NCBI GenBank assembly: GCA_965208575.1
Contig: CBDBOV010000004.1
Span: 448,001 to 512,000, forward strand
DNA length: 64,000 nucleotides
Origin: Spirochaetia bacterium
GTDB taxonomy: Bacteria; Spirochaetota; Spirochaetia; SZUA-6; Bin103
Reading direction: 5' to 3'
The notes beneath the pieces are model-generated. The model was not told the DNA's origin. It worked only from the letters and a program-made list of their open reading frames with translations, and ran no database searches. Of this stretch, positions 29,519 to 39,714 are shown piece by piece. How positions within the stretch are numbered: the stretch's first letter is position 1; every line of letters starts with the position of its first letter. Made by a program: the position numbers and the translations under genes.

Positions 29519-29839
29519 CTATGGGATCGGGACTTCTCTCAGTTCACCGGGGCGTATTTCCTCAAGGGCATTGCGGATGGCTTCCGTTCGCCGCGATATG
29601 CGGGGCCACGCGGTGTTCATCAAGACGACCACGGCCACTCGCCTGTTTGACATGTTCTGTTGGTATCCGATGCCCTGATCGGTGGTGATCAGGACCTCGT
29701 AGCCGGCTTCTTCAGCCCGATCCAGCAAGACCCCGTTGGCCAAGGTGGCCCAGCCGCGCTCCATGGCCGTTTCGATTTCATGGCCGAAGAGCTGGCGGCG
29801 CAACTGCTTGGGCGTCCCGTTATCGAACAGGATGCGCAT
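29519..29839 (-). CDS. DUF5615 PIN-like toxin
   Basis: MRILFDNGTP, GWATLANGVLL..AE..GYEVLITTDQGI.YQQN. Confidence 0.88.
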   Translation of the reverse strand: MRILFDNGTPKQLRRQLFGHEIETAMERGWATLANGVLLDRAEEAGYEVLITTDQGIGYQQNMSNRRVAVVVLMNTAWPRISRRTEAIRNALEEIRPGELREVPIP

Positions 29840-30062
29840 GGGTGACCTTGGCCCGGAGGTCCTGCGCCACGTGCTCCAGCACCGCCTTCACCTCCGATTC
29901 CTCCACCCCCTCGAACCAGTCGATGAAGTCGTATATCGAAGCGCCCTCCGCAAGGTTCTCGAACAGGGCGTACACCGGCAAACGAGTGCCCGTGAACACC
30001 CAGTTGCCGCTCACCTTGCCTGGCACGCTCTCGACTGCCGGGCACTTCTCCCAGTCCGTCAT
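29820..30062 (-). CDS. DUF433 antitoxin
   Basis: PGKVSGNWVFTGTRLPV..LFENLAEGASI.DF..WF. Confidence 0.9.
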   Translation of the reverse strand: MTDWEKCPAVESVPGKVSGNWVFTGTRLPVYALFENLAEGASIYDFIDWFEGVEESEVKAVLEHVAQDLRAKVTHAHPVR

Positions 30063-30349
30063 ACGATCACCTCACTTTCGATTGCCAGGGCTTCTGCCGA
30101 CTCTTCGGCGTCGTAGAGGCCGTGTTTCTCCTTGCCGTTGTTGTCTTGTACGCGGTTGGCAGCGTATGGCGGGCCAAATCCACGATTCGACTATAGCAAC
30201 CACTATCGACGAGTGCAATGGGGCGCATTGACTCATCGAAAATCTAACCGTAGCGAAAGCATGCCTCATCTAAAAATCTAACCGAACGGGCTGGACCTTC
30301 CGGGTCCGGTTGGAGCCTCTCCGAGGGACGTGAGGAGGTTCCGGAGGAG

Positions 30350-31623
30350 ATGGGGTTGAAGATGAGTTCAAGGCGAGAGCTCACCGAGCAGCACGCGCAG
30401 CGGTATCGTCGGGCGGGCAAGAAGGAGAAGGGGCGCATACTCGACGAGTTCGTCGAGTCGACCGGGTACCAGCGCAAGTACGCGATCCATCTGTTGACCT
30501 GGTGGGGACGGACCCGCATGGTGCGAGTCGACGGCACACTGGTGAAGCTGGTGGTCGGGCGTCCGCGGCCTGCCCAGCGCCGCGTGCGACCGCGGCGCTA
30601 CGACCAGGAGGTGCTGGTCGCTCTGAAGCTGATCTGGTACGTGTTCGACTGCATGTGCGGCAAGCGCCTGGTGGTCGTGCTGCGCACCATGCTGCCGACG
30701 CTGGAGTCGTTCGGCGAGATCGAGCTGACCGCAGCGGTGCGCGGCAAGCTGCAGACCATCAGCGCCGCGACCATCGACCGGCTGCTGCAGCAGGAGCGCG
30801 CACGGCTGCGCCTGAAGGGTCGCACGCACACCAAGCCGGGCACCCTCCTGAAGGATCAGATCGCGATCCGAACCTTCGCTGACTGGGACGAGCAGGAGCC
30901 GGGCTTCTTCGAGATCGACTTGGTGGGCCATGAAGGCGGCAACGCGTCAGGCGACTTCTGCCACACGCTCACCATCACCGACGTTGACACCGGCTGGGTC
31001 GACCTGTACGGCGTGCAGAACAAGGCGCAGCGCTGGACCCACGAGGCGATCGACGCTGCCCGGCAGAGCCTGCCGATCGTGATGCGGGGGATCGACACCG
31101 ACAACGGCAGCGAGTTCATCAATCATCATTTGCTGCGCTATTGCGAAGCGCACGGCATCACGTTCACTCGGGGTCGCCCGCATCGCAAGAACGACACCTG
31201 CTACGTCGAGCAGAAGAATGGCCACGTGGTGCGACGGGCGGTCGGCCACCTGCGTTACGACACCGACCGGGAACTGGCTGCCCTCAACGCGATATACCGC
31301 CCGCTGTGCCTGCTGGTGAACTTCTTCTATCCCTCGGTGAAGCTGGTGAAGAAACCCGCACCGGCAGCAAGGTGCGCCGCATCTATGACGACCCGCAGAC
31401 GCCGTATCACCGCATGCTGGCCTCCGAGTCGGTGAGCGAGAAGGTGAAGAACCGCCTCAAGCAGCAGTACGCGACGTTGAATCCGGTCGCCCTCAAGCGC
31501 GAGCTGACCAGGTTGACCGAGGATCTGCTGCAGCTGAACGTCAGCAAGACCGCCAAGGCCGCACCAAGCACGGTGCAAACACCGAGCGAGGAGCGTGGTG
31601 GCAGCGGTCGCACGGCAAAATGA
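30350..31623 (+). pseudogene. rve/DDE integrase-type transposase with one frameshift near 31352
   Basis: EIDLVGH, IDTDNGSEFIN, KNDTCYVEQKN; the C-terminus TRTGSKVRRIYDDPQTPYHR is in another frame. Confidence 0.85.
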
Positions 31624-31765
31624 CCCTCTCAGGCGGGTCTGACGGTCGATAATCGGAGAATGGGCGGTCAGCGATGAGAAAACGTCGCCTCAGCCGCGCT
31701 GTAAGGCCCCTCCACGACACGAGGTGGTGTCTGGATACCCCCGTGTCTATGCATAACCATGCAAT

Positions 31766-33439
31766 TCAGTGCAACTTTATCCGCGACCGTAAGCCGGGTG
31801 GCGGAGTCCCGGTGCCGTCCCTGCAGTGCCTCGGCGAGGCGATTGCGGACCGCTGCCAGCCGGCTGCGTACCCGCCTGATGCTCTTTTCCAGGGCCCGGC
31901 GCACCGGTTCACGACCCGTGCGTCGGGCTCCGGCGGCGCAAGGTCATGGCTCGGCAGCGCGTCAAGGTTGAACTGCTCGCGCAGGTACTTGAAGAAGTTC
32001 TCCTGCGACCAGCGCGAGAACATGGCGCCGGCGACCTGCGCCAACGGCATCTGCGGGTGCGTGGTGATCACCGCCACCTGACGACCGTTGGCCAGACGCC
32101 GCCGGATCTGGCGCACCACCAGCCCGTTGCGCAGCATGATCGGCTGCTCGGCCAGATCAACCGCAGTCGTGCTGGTGCCGGCGGGACCATGGATCGGTAC
32201 CTCGAAGGTGTGGAAGTCTTCCGGCAGCCAGTCCGCGCCGTTGAAGTTCTTGTGCCAGGTGATGCAGGCGATGCCACGCCGGGCCAGGCGCTTGAACAGG
32301 TCCGGGCTCCAGCCCTCGCGGTCGAACACCAGGGTCAGCTGCGGGGTACCGGCCGGTGCTCCGGTCAGGTCGGGGGCCGCTTCGGTCACCACCCCCAGGT
32401 GCTGCAACTGCGGCACCACGTCGTGCTTGATCGCATTCACCGGCTTCGGGTCCAGCGCCTTGTGCAGGCACAGCAGCGGTGCGCCGCCGAGGGCGTTGAT
32501 CCAGTAGCTCACCGACGCCGGCAGACACAGCTTCTGGCGTGCGACGAAGTGTTTCGGCAACCGCCCGTTGCGCCCGGTGTACACCTTCACGTGGCCATCC
32601 ACGGCCAGCGTCGTCCAGTCGTCGTCGTGCTCGCTGGCCCAGGTACGCGCCAGTACCGATTGCCAATCGCGCACGGTGTGCTCGGCGCTGGCCAGCAGCC
32701 TGATCTTGCGGCGCAGCGTCTTGGTCTCCGGACAGCGGTCGAGGCCGAGGATGGCGCCCCACTCGCCGGGTGCCTGGTAGCGCAGGCTCTCGGGGTTGCG
32801 CACCCGGGCCAGGGTCATGCAGGCGACGAACAGGAGGATGGTGGTCAGGCCGTAGAATCCGGCCGGCAGGCGGAACAGGCGGTTGGCGGCGGTGAGCAGG
32901 CCCTCGCGCAGCAGCATCGCCAGTGCGGCCAGCACGCCGCCGCCAGCGACCGCGTGGGCGGGCTCGACGAACGCTGGTGTGGCCTCGGTCAGCAGGCCGG
33001 CTCTGGCGAGCGTGCGGCGTTCCACGTCGCGCGCCGCGCGGCCCATGGGCGCGTGCTTGTCGCGGGCGTCGCGGCTGGCGCGCTCAGTGGCGACCGCCGG
33101 GTCGCTGACCGCGGCGGCGGTGCTGACCGGGTGATCAGTGGTGGTGGCCGCCGGCGCAACCTCGGCGCTGGCGGCGGGCTCCCGGGTGGGATCTGTGATG
33201 ACGCCGGCGCGGCGGTTCTCGTTGAAGGTGCTCACCGGGATGCCGAGTTCGCGAGCGCAGGCTGAGCCGCTCATCCCGGAAGCGAGCAGCTTGGCTGCCT
33301 GGTCCGCCATCTCGGCGTCGTCCACGGTGGCCTCCACGGCACCGCGCCGGCTGACTCCGGTCGGGCTACGCCCTCCGTCCGTCAGCGGGGTACAGCATCT
33401 CCTCCGCCCCGTTCGATCCCGACGGCTCCGGTGTCGCAA
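31766..33439 (-). pseudogene. Degenerate DDE transposase (truncated, frameshift near 31906)
   Basis: LAVDGHVKVYTG, LVFDREGWS, MFSRWSQENFFKY; continuation RRALEKSIRR is in another frame. Confidence 0.8.
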
Positions 33440-34295
33440 CCTCGTCGCCTACCCCGTCCCGGCGGTGGGGAATTGTCATGACCCTGCCCCGGGCAACGCA
33501 CCTCGGTGCAGTTGTCCGGGGCGCCTCGCTCCGTGCGCTCCGCAGCAACCTGCGCGCCGCTCGCGGCGTGGGCGGCATCACCCGGCTCGGCAAATGACTT
33601 CTGAGCGTCTCTGACGCCCGTATATCCGTGAGCCAGACGGTCGGCGTCAAGAAATGTCGCCTCAGCCGCGCTGTAAGGCCTCTCCGCGACACGAGGTGGT
33701 GTCTGGACATCCCCGTGTCACCAGCACCGAAGTCGCCTCCAGACCCGTCCGCCCCCTCTTCGGTCAGCGACACGACACGGCACCGACCACCTCCCTGCCG
33801 TTGACGCCTCCTCATCCGCGCCGACCAACCAGATACGCCCCCGGTCGCGTTGGTGTGCTTGAATCAACCCGGCCGGTCGCCCAGCAGCCTATCCACTTAT
33901 CCACAATTTATGAGTCTCCCCCCTCGCGCTCCCCCCTCGTTCTCCGCCTCCCTTTCGGTTAGATTCTTACGTGAGGCACGCTCACCGTAAGGTTAGATTT
34001 TTACGTGAGGCAATAGGTGGGGCGTAGGCGGCGTAGGCGAGGCGACCACGCAACGATGGGATGGTCTGCCCAATGGACAGTCAACGACCCCACGCCTGAT
34101 GAGGAGCGGCCAACATCAGGTCTCGGCTCATATCGGGTATCGGGCCAGATCCACGCAGATTGTCGAACTGGCAAAGGGAGCACCGTGCGCGAGGATCGTC
34201 GCAAGTACTCACGGGCCGCCGGGGAGCCGGGACCCCCTGAGAGATCGGCGCCGTGCGAAAAATGCCTCTAAAGGGCGCGTTCCTTTATGGCTCTC

Positions 34296-34430
34296 TTACG
34301 CCGACCGGGGGGCATCGGCACCCAGGCGGCCGCCACTACCTCGCAGCCGCGGGTCTAACAGGTCGCGCACCGCGTCGCCGAACATGTTCAGGCGGTAGGC
34401 CACGATGGTCAGGCACAGGCCCGGCCAGAG
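34296..34430 (-). pseudogene. 3' fragment of a DppC-type permease
   Basis: LWPGLCLTI..NMFGDAVRDLLDPRLRGSGGRLG, paralogous to the tails of the 50190 and 57002 genes. Confidence 0.75.
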
Positions 34431-34487
34431 CGCCAGCAGCAATCCGGTGGCACGCCCACAGCCGCAGCAGCGACCCGGCAAGCACCG

Positions 34488-34630
34488 GTGTCGAGCGACG
34501 CCGCACACCGGGAGCGCCGTGCGCTCTGGCGCGAGGTCAAGAAGAACCGCGCCCTGCTCTACCTGATCACGCCCGGCGTGCTCTACTTCGTCATTTCCAC
34601 TACCTGTCGATCTACGCCATCTCGCTCTCC
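34488..34630 (+). pseudogene. 5' fragment of a sugar ABC permease
   Basis: LWREVKKNRALLYLITPGVLYFVI then frameshifted FHYLSIYAI. Confidence 0.5.
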
Positions 34631-34825
34631 GCCCGAGCTGCCGGAGCAGGCGCGCCGATTCGGCCGCAGGCGGTTGTACGCGGCGCGCTGCCGGGCACCC
34701 CACGCCGATTCGCCGAGCCTTCCGGGCCCCTCGATCTCCGTGAGCGATACCATGTAGCCGGTTCGCTGTTCGCCGCGTACGCGGGTTCTACCTCATGCTT
34801 CCCCCAGACACGCCATTTCTGAGGG

Positions 34826-36732
34826 GAGCCAATTGCGCTGTCGGTAAGTTCCAAGCGGGCAGCGAGATAGAAGTGGGCGATTTTTTCTTTACCCCGTGAC
34901 CGAGGCAATTGCGCTTGCTGCAAGCCCGATGCAGGCGATCAGAAACCAGGGGGAGGTATTTCTTACCCCACGACCTGCTGATCCCCTGTACGCGCGTCGG
35001 GAGCGCCGGTCAAGGCCCCGATGATACATCGCAACTGTTTGTCTACAAAATAATTGACGGTTCTCCTGTAACTCGCCATAGTGGCAAGTGAACAGTAATT
35101 CACAACAGGAGAACCGCCGATGGCCACTATACCACATCCGTTTCTGTTCCGCTGGGACAGCGTCGACCAGTTGGGTGATCTCGAACGCCTGACGCTGGTG
35201 CTCGACGCGCTCCCCGACGAGCCGCTGATGCAACTGCTGGAAGCCGGTCGCGGTCGCGGTCGCAACGATTATCCGGTGCGCCCGATGTGGAACTCGCTGA
35301 TCGCCGGCTTCGTGTTCCAGCATCCCAGCATCGCCGCCTTGCGGCGCGAGTTGCTGCGCAACGCGCAGTTGCGAGACCTGTGCGGGTTCGACCCGTTCGA
35401 CGGCGCACGGGCGGTGCCCAGCGAATACGCCTATACCCGCTTCCAGCGCCGGCTGCGCAAGCATCAGGGGCAGATCGATGAGCTGTTCCACAGCACCCTC
35501 GACGAACTCCGGATTGAGCTGCCGGACCTGGGCCAGGTACAGGCGCTGGACGGCAAGGAGCTGCACTCCCTGGCCAACGGTCCGAGCAGCTATCCGGTGC
35601 CGAAGGATAACAAGGAAGACACCGACGGGCGCCGCGACCGCGATGCCGATTGGGGCGTCAAGGGTTCCGGCGAGAAGAAGGGCGAGAAGGGCGAGAAGAA
35701 AGGCAAGAAGAAACACTACTGGTTCGGCTACCTGTTGCACTTGGTCGTGGACGCCACCTACGAGGTGCCGCTGGCGTTCGAGGTCACCAAGGCGTCGACC
35801 GGTGAGCAGCCGCAGGCACAGCGACTGCTTGATCAGATGCAGGATCGTCATCCCGAGCTGCTGCAACGGTGCGATCGCCTGAGCGCCGACAAGGGCTACG
35901 ACGACCAAAAGCTGATCAATCGGCTGTGGCAACAGCATCAGATCAAGCCGGTCATCGACATTCGAAACTGCTGGAAGGACGGAGAGGCGGAGCAGGATGG
36001 CGTCCTCACCAAGCGGGTGAGCGGTCAGGAGAACGTGATCTATACCCACGACGGCCAGGTATCCTGCATGTGCCCGCGGACCGGTGAACTGCACCGCATG
36101 GCCTACGGCGGCTTCGAGCAGGCTCGCGAGTCGCTCAAGTATCGCTGTCCGGCGCGCTACTCGGGGGTCACCTGCAAGGGCATGGATCGGTGCCCGGTGA
36201 GCGACGCGGTGCGCATCCCGCTGGCCGAGGATCGGCGCGTGTTCACGCCGGTGGCGCGGTCCAGCTACCGGTGGCAGGACTTCTACGACCAGCGCGGTGC
36301 CGTGGAGCGGGTCAACAGCCGGTTGGCCGGCGGCTTCGGGTTCGAGCGACCGGGCATCCGCGGGCTGGCGAAGATGCAGCTGCGCGTCACCATGGCGCTG
36401 ACGATCATGCTGGCGATGGCCGTGGGGCGCATCCGCGCCGGCCAACCAGAGAACCTGCGGAGTCTGGTCAAACCCGCCTGACCGACGGCCACTCGCCGGT
36501 CACCAAGAAACCCAATCCCACCGGCTCCTCAGCGAGACCGGTCTGTCCCGATCTGTGCATTGAGCCACGGATGAGGCTTGATCCCACCTCGCGGACCCCA
36601 CTCAGCACACTCGATAGAGCCGTCATTCGGCGCCGGGCGAGCGTCAGCGACGCCGTCAACGTCCCGGGCGCGTGCTCTCTGGTGTGACCGGCTGCTCAAC
36701 GGCCCAAAAAACCGCTACAGCGCAATTGGCTC
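34826..36732 (+). mobile_element. IS5/IS1182-like element, copy 1
   Basis: 16-bp perfect IR GAGCCAATTGCGCTGT / ACAGCGCAATTGGCTC; GAGGG flanks. Confidence 0.92.
35120..36481 (+). CDS. DDE transposase (DUF772-like N-terminus; IS5/IS1182-like)
   Basis: GRNDYP, ALDGK, DADWG, WFGYLLHLVVDA, ADKGYD, RGAVERVNSRL. Confidence 0.92.
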   Translation: MATIPHPFLFRWDSVDQLGDLERLTLVLDALPDEPLMQLLEAGRGRGRNDYPVRPMWNSLIAGFVFQHPSIAALRRELLRNAQLRDLCGFDPFDGARAVPSEYAYTRFQRRLRKHQGQIDELFHSTLDELRIELPDLGQVQALDGKELHSLANGPSSYPVPKDNKEDTDGRRDRDADWGVKGSGEKKGEKGEKKGKKKHYWFGYLLHLVVDATYEVPLAFEVTKASTGEQPQAQRLLDQMQDRHPELLQRCDRLSADKGYDDQKLINRLWQQHQIKPVIDIRNCWKDGEAEQDGVLTKRVSGQENVIYTHDGQVSCMCPRTGELHRMAYGGFEQARESLKYRCPARYSGVTCKGMDRCPVSDAVRIPLAEDRRVFTPVARSSYRWQDFYDQRGAVERVNSRLAGGFGFERPGIRGLAKMQLRVTMALTIMLAMAVGRIRAGQPENLRSLVKPA

Positions 36733-36737
36733 GAGGG

Positions 36738-38644
36738 GAGCCAATTGCGCTGTCGGTAAGTTCCAAGCGGGCAGCGAGATAGAAGTGGGCGATTTTTTCT
36801 TTACCCCGTGACCGAGGCAATTGCGCTTGCTGCAAGCCCGATGCAGGCGATCAGAAACCAGGGGGAGGTATTTCTTACCCCACGACCTGCTGATCCCCTG
36901 TACGCGCGTCGGGAGCGCCGGTCAAGGCCCCGATGATACATCGCAACTGTTTGTCTACAAAATAATTGACGGTTCTCCTGTAACTCGCCATAGTGGCAAG
37001 TGAACAGTAATTCACAACAGGAGAACCGCCGATGGCCACTATACCACATCCGTTTCTGTTCCGCTGGGACAGCGTCGACCAGTTGGGTGATCTCGAACGC
37101 CTGACGCTGGTGCTCGACGCGCTCCCCGACGAGCCGCTGATGCAACTGCTGGAAGCCGGTCGCGGTCGCGGTCGCAACGATTATCCGGTGCGCCCGATGT
37201 GGAACTCGCTGATCGCCGGCTTCGTGTTCCAGCATCCCAGCATCGCCGCCTTGCGGCGCGAGTTGCTGCGCAACGCGCAGTTGCGAGACCTGTGCGGGTT
37301 CGACCCGTTCGACGGCGCACGGGCGGTGCCCAGCGAATACGCCTATACCCGCTTCCAGCGCCGGCTGCGCAAGCATCAGGGGCAGATCGATGAGCTGTTC
37401 CACAGCACCCTCGACGAACTCCGGATTGAGCTGCCGGACCTGGGCCAGGTACAGGCGCTGGACGGCAAGGAGCTGCACTCCCTGGCCAACGGTCCGAGCA
37501 GCTATCCGGTGCCGAAGGATAACAAGGAAGACACCGACGGGCGCCGCGACCGCGATGCCGATTGGGGCGTCAAGGGTTCCGGCGAGAAGAAGGGCGAGAA
37601 GGGCGAGAAGAAAGGCAAGAAGAAACACTACTGGTTCGGCTACCTGTTGCACTTGGTCGTGGACGCCACCTACGAGGTGCCGCTGGCGTTCGAGGTCACC
37701 AAGGCGTCGACCGGTGAGCAGCCGCAGGCACAGCGACTGCTTGATCAGATGCAGGATCGTCATCCCGAGCTGCTGCAACGGTGCGATCGCCTGAGCGCCG
37801 ACAAGGGCTACGACGACCAAAAGCTGATCAATCGGCTGTGGCAACAGCATCAGATCAAGCCGGTCATCGACATTCGAAACTGCTGGAAGGACGGAGAGGC
37901 GGAGCAGGATGGCGTCCTCACCAAGCGGGTGAGCGGTCAGGAGAACGTGATCTATACCCACGACGGCCAGGTATCCTGCATGTGCCCGCGGACCGGTGAA
38001 CTGCACCGCATGGCCTACGGCGGCTTCGAGCAGGCTCGCGAGTCGCTCAAGTATCGCTGTCCGGCGCGCTACTCGGGGGTCACCTGCAAGGGCATGGATC
38101 GGTGCCCGGTGAGCGACGCGGTGCGCATCCCGCTGGCCGAGGATCGGCGCGTGTTCACGCCGGTGGCGCGGTCCAGCTACCGGTGGCAGGACTTCTACGA
38201 CCAGCGCGGTGCCGTGGAGCGGGTCAACAGCCGGTTGGCCGGCGGCTTCGGGTTCGAGCGACCGGGCATCCGCGGGCTGGCGAAGATGCAGCTGCGCGTC
38301 ACCATGGCGCTGACGATCATGCTGGCGATGGCCGTGGGGCGCATCCGCGCCGGCCAACCAGAGAACCTGCGGAGTCTGGTCAAACCCGCCTGACCGACGG
38401 CCACTCGCCGGTCACCAAGAAACCCAATCCCACCGGCTCCTCAGCGAGACCGGTCTGTCCCGATCTGTGCATTGAGCCACGGATGAGGCTTGATCCCACC
38501 TCGCGGACCCCACTCAGCACACTCGATAGAGCCGTCATTCGGCGCCGGGCGAGCGTCAGCGACGCCGTCAACGTCCCGGGCGCGTGCTCTCTGGTGTGAC
38601 CGGCTGCTCAACGGCCCAAAAAACCGCTACAGCGCAATTGGCTC
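36738..38644 (+). mobile_element. IS5/IS1182-like element, copy 2 (tandem)
   Basis: Repeat of copy 1 at a 1912-bp offset; followed by GAGGG at 38645-38649. Confidence 0.92.
37032..38393 (+). CDS. DDE transposase, same protein sequence as 35120-36481
   Basis: Identical translation in the ORF track. Confidence 0.92.
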   Translation: MATIPHPFLFRWDSVDQLGDLERLTLVLDALPDEPLMQLLEAGRGRGRNDYPVRPMWNSLIAGFVFQHPSIAALRRELLRNAQLRDLCGFDPFDGARAVPSEYAYTRFQRRLRKHQGQIDELFHSTLDELRIELPDLGQVQALDGKELHSLANGPSSYPVPKDNKEDTDGRRDRDADWGVKGSGEKKGEKGEKKGKKKHYWFGYLLHLVVDATYEVPLAFEVTKASTGEQPQAQRLLDQMQDRHPELLQRCDRLSADKGYDDQKLINRLWQQHQIKPVIDIRNCWKDGEAEQDGVLTKRVSGQENVIYTHDGQVSCMCPRTGELHRMAYGGFEQARESLKYRCPARYSGVTCKGMDRCPVSDAVRIPLAEDRRVFTPVARSSYRWQDFYDQRGAVERVNSRLAGGFGFERPGIRGLAKMQLRVTMALTIMLAMAVGRIRAGQPENLRSLVKPA

Positions 38645-38918
38645 GAGGGGGTGATCGGTTGACAATGTCGCACCTTGCGTGCCACCCTTGTAGACGCGGT
38701 TCACGCTATCCTCTATGAGTGCCCCTCCTGAACACCAGCACGCTGGCGCTGTCGGGGCATGGAGCAGGCGATCCGGCACTACAAGGCGCCCGGTATACGC
38801 GACTATGGGATCAGAATTGGCATGAGTCAGCACAGTCACTCCGTGACACCCAAGACCATGAAAGCGAACGAAGGCATCGCCAGCCGGCCAGCTTTTTCGG
38901 ACCAGGACCTAGCTAAGC

Positions 38919-39155
38919 ATGGGTGAGCCAGAAGAGAGATTCCGCACATATCCAGGGTATCGCTGGGTCGTCTCCCATCCTGATTTGTTGGGTGGCAGAC
39001 CGACGGTGCGAGGGACGCGGATATCCGTATCGCATGTCTTGGAATGCCTTTCCATCGGGATGACGGCACAAGAGATTGCCGATGATTTTCCTGGTTTCCC
39101 TGCAGAGAGTGTGCCTGAGGTGCTGAGATTCGCTTCAGCCCATGTGGCTGCTTGA
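38919..39155 (+). CDS. DUF433 antitoxin
   Basis: PDLLGGRPTVRGTRISVSHVLECLSIGMTAQEIADDFP. Confidence 0.9.
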   Translation: MGEPEERFRTYPGYRWVVSHPDLLGGRPTVRGTRISVSHVLECLSIGMTAQEIADDFPGFPAESVPEVLRFASAHVAA

Positions 39156-39480
39156 CCACAATCTTCCGAAGCAACTGGTCGGTTCACTGAAGTTCCTCGG
39201 AATCGACTGTGATACGACCGCACATCGGGGTTGGAACGATCTGGATAATGGTGCGCTCGTGGCTGTCGCGAGTCGTGCTGAATTCACCTGTATCCTGACC
39301 AGAGATGTGCTGTTTGCTGAGTCTGCATCGAAGGCCATGGATCGGTTTCCTCAGATGGCTATCGTATTGATTACGATACCTCAGACCAGAGGACAGGAAT
39401 ATGCAGCGCAATTCCTCAAGCACTGGAGACGCTCTCCCATTTCGCCAGAACCACACGGGATGATTCGTTGGCCATCGTAG
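39142..39480 (+). CDS. DUF5615 PIN-like toxin
   Basis: MWLLDHNLP, GWNDLDNG, ILTRD..F; overlaps DUF433. Confidence 0.85.
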   Translation: MWLLDHNLPKQLVGSLKFLGIDCDTTAHRGWNDLDNGALVAVASRAEFTCILTRDVLFAESASKAMDRFPQMAIVLITIPQTRGQEYAAQFLKHWRRSPISPEPHGMIRWPS

Positions 39481-39714
39481 ATCAGGCGGCCCAGCAGATG
39501 TTAGCTTAGCGCACAACGGGCTACTACCCTGGCTCCCGCGTGCCGTCGCGTGCCGTGCTGTGGCAGGTCGGGCTTCCGCGGCCACCACTGCGAGCCACAT
39601 GCCGCCGAGCCAACGCGTTGACAGCAGCGCCGCGCTCGTGCCAGCTTATCTCACGTCAGCCCACGCGCGCTGACGACTACCTGCGCTTCACCGCGAGTGC
39701 ACAAAGGAGCAGAC

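Larger units (their letters stand above)
30228..34013 (+). mobile_element. rve-integrase (IS481/ISNCY-like) element with doubled terminal IRs and nested cargo
   Basis: Left TG(A/C)CTCATC..AAAATCTAACCG twice (30229, 30262); right GGTTAGATT(C/T)TTACGTGAGGCA twice (33957, 33991). Confidence 0.8.

Noticed and set aside
33889-33905. DnaA boxes suggesting oriC
   Set aside because: One perfect box inside an IS tail, with no AT-rich unwinding element or dnaA context.
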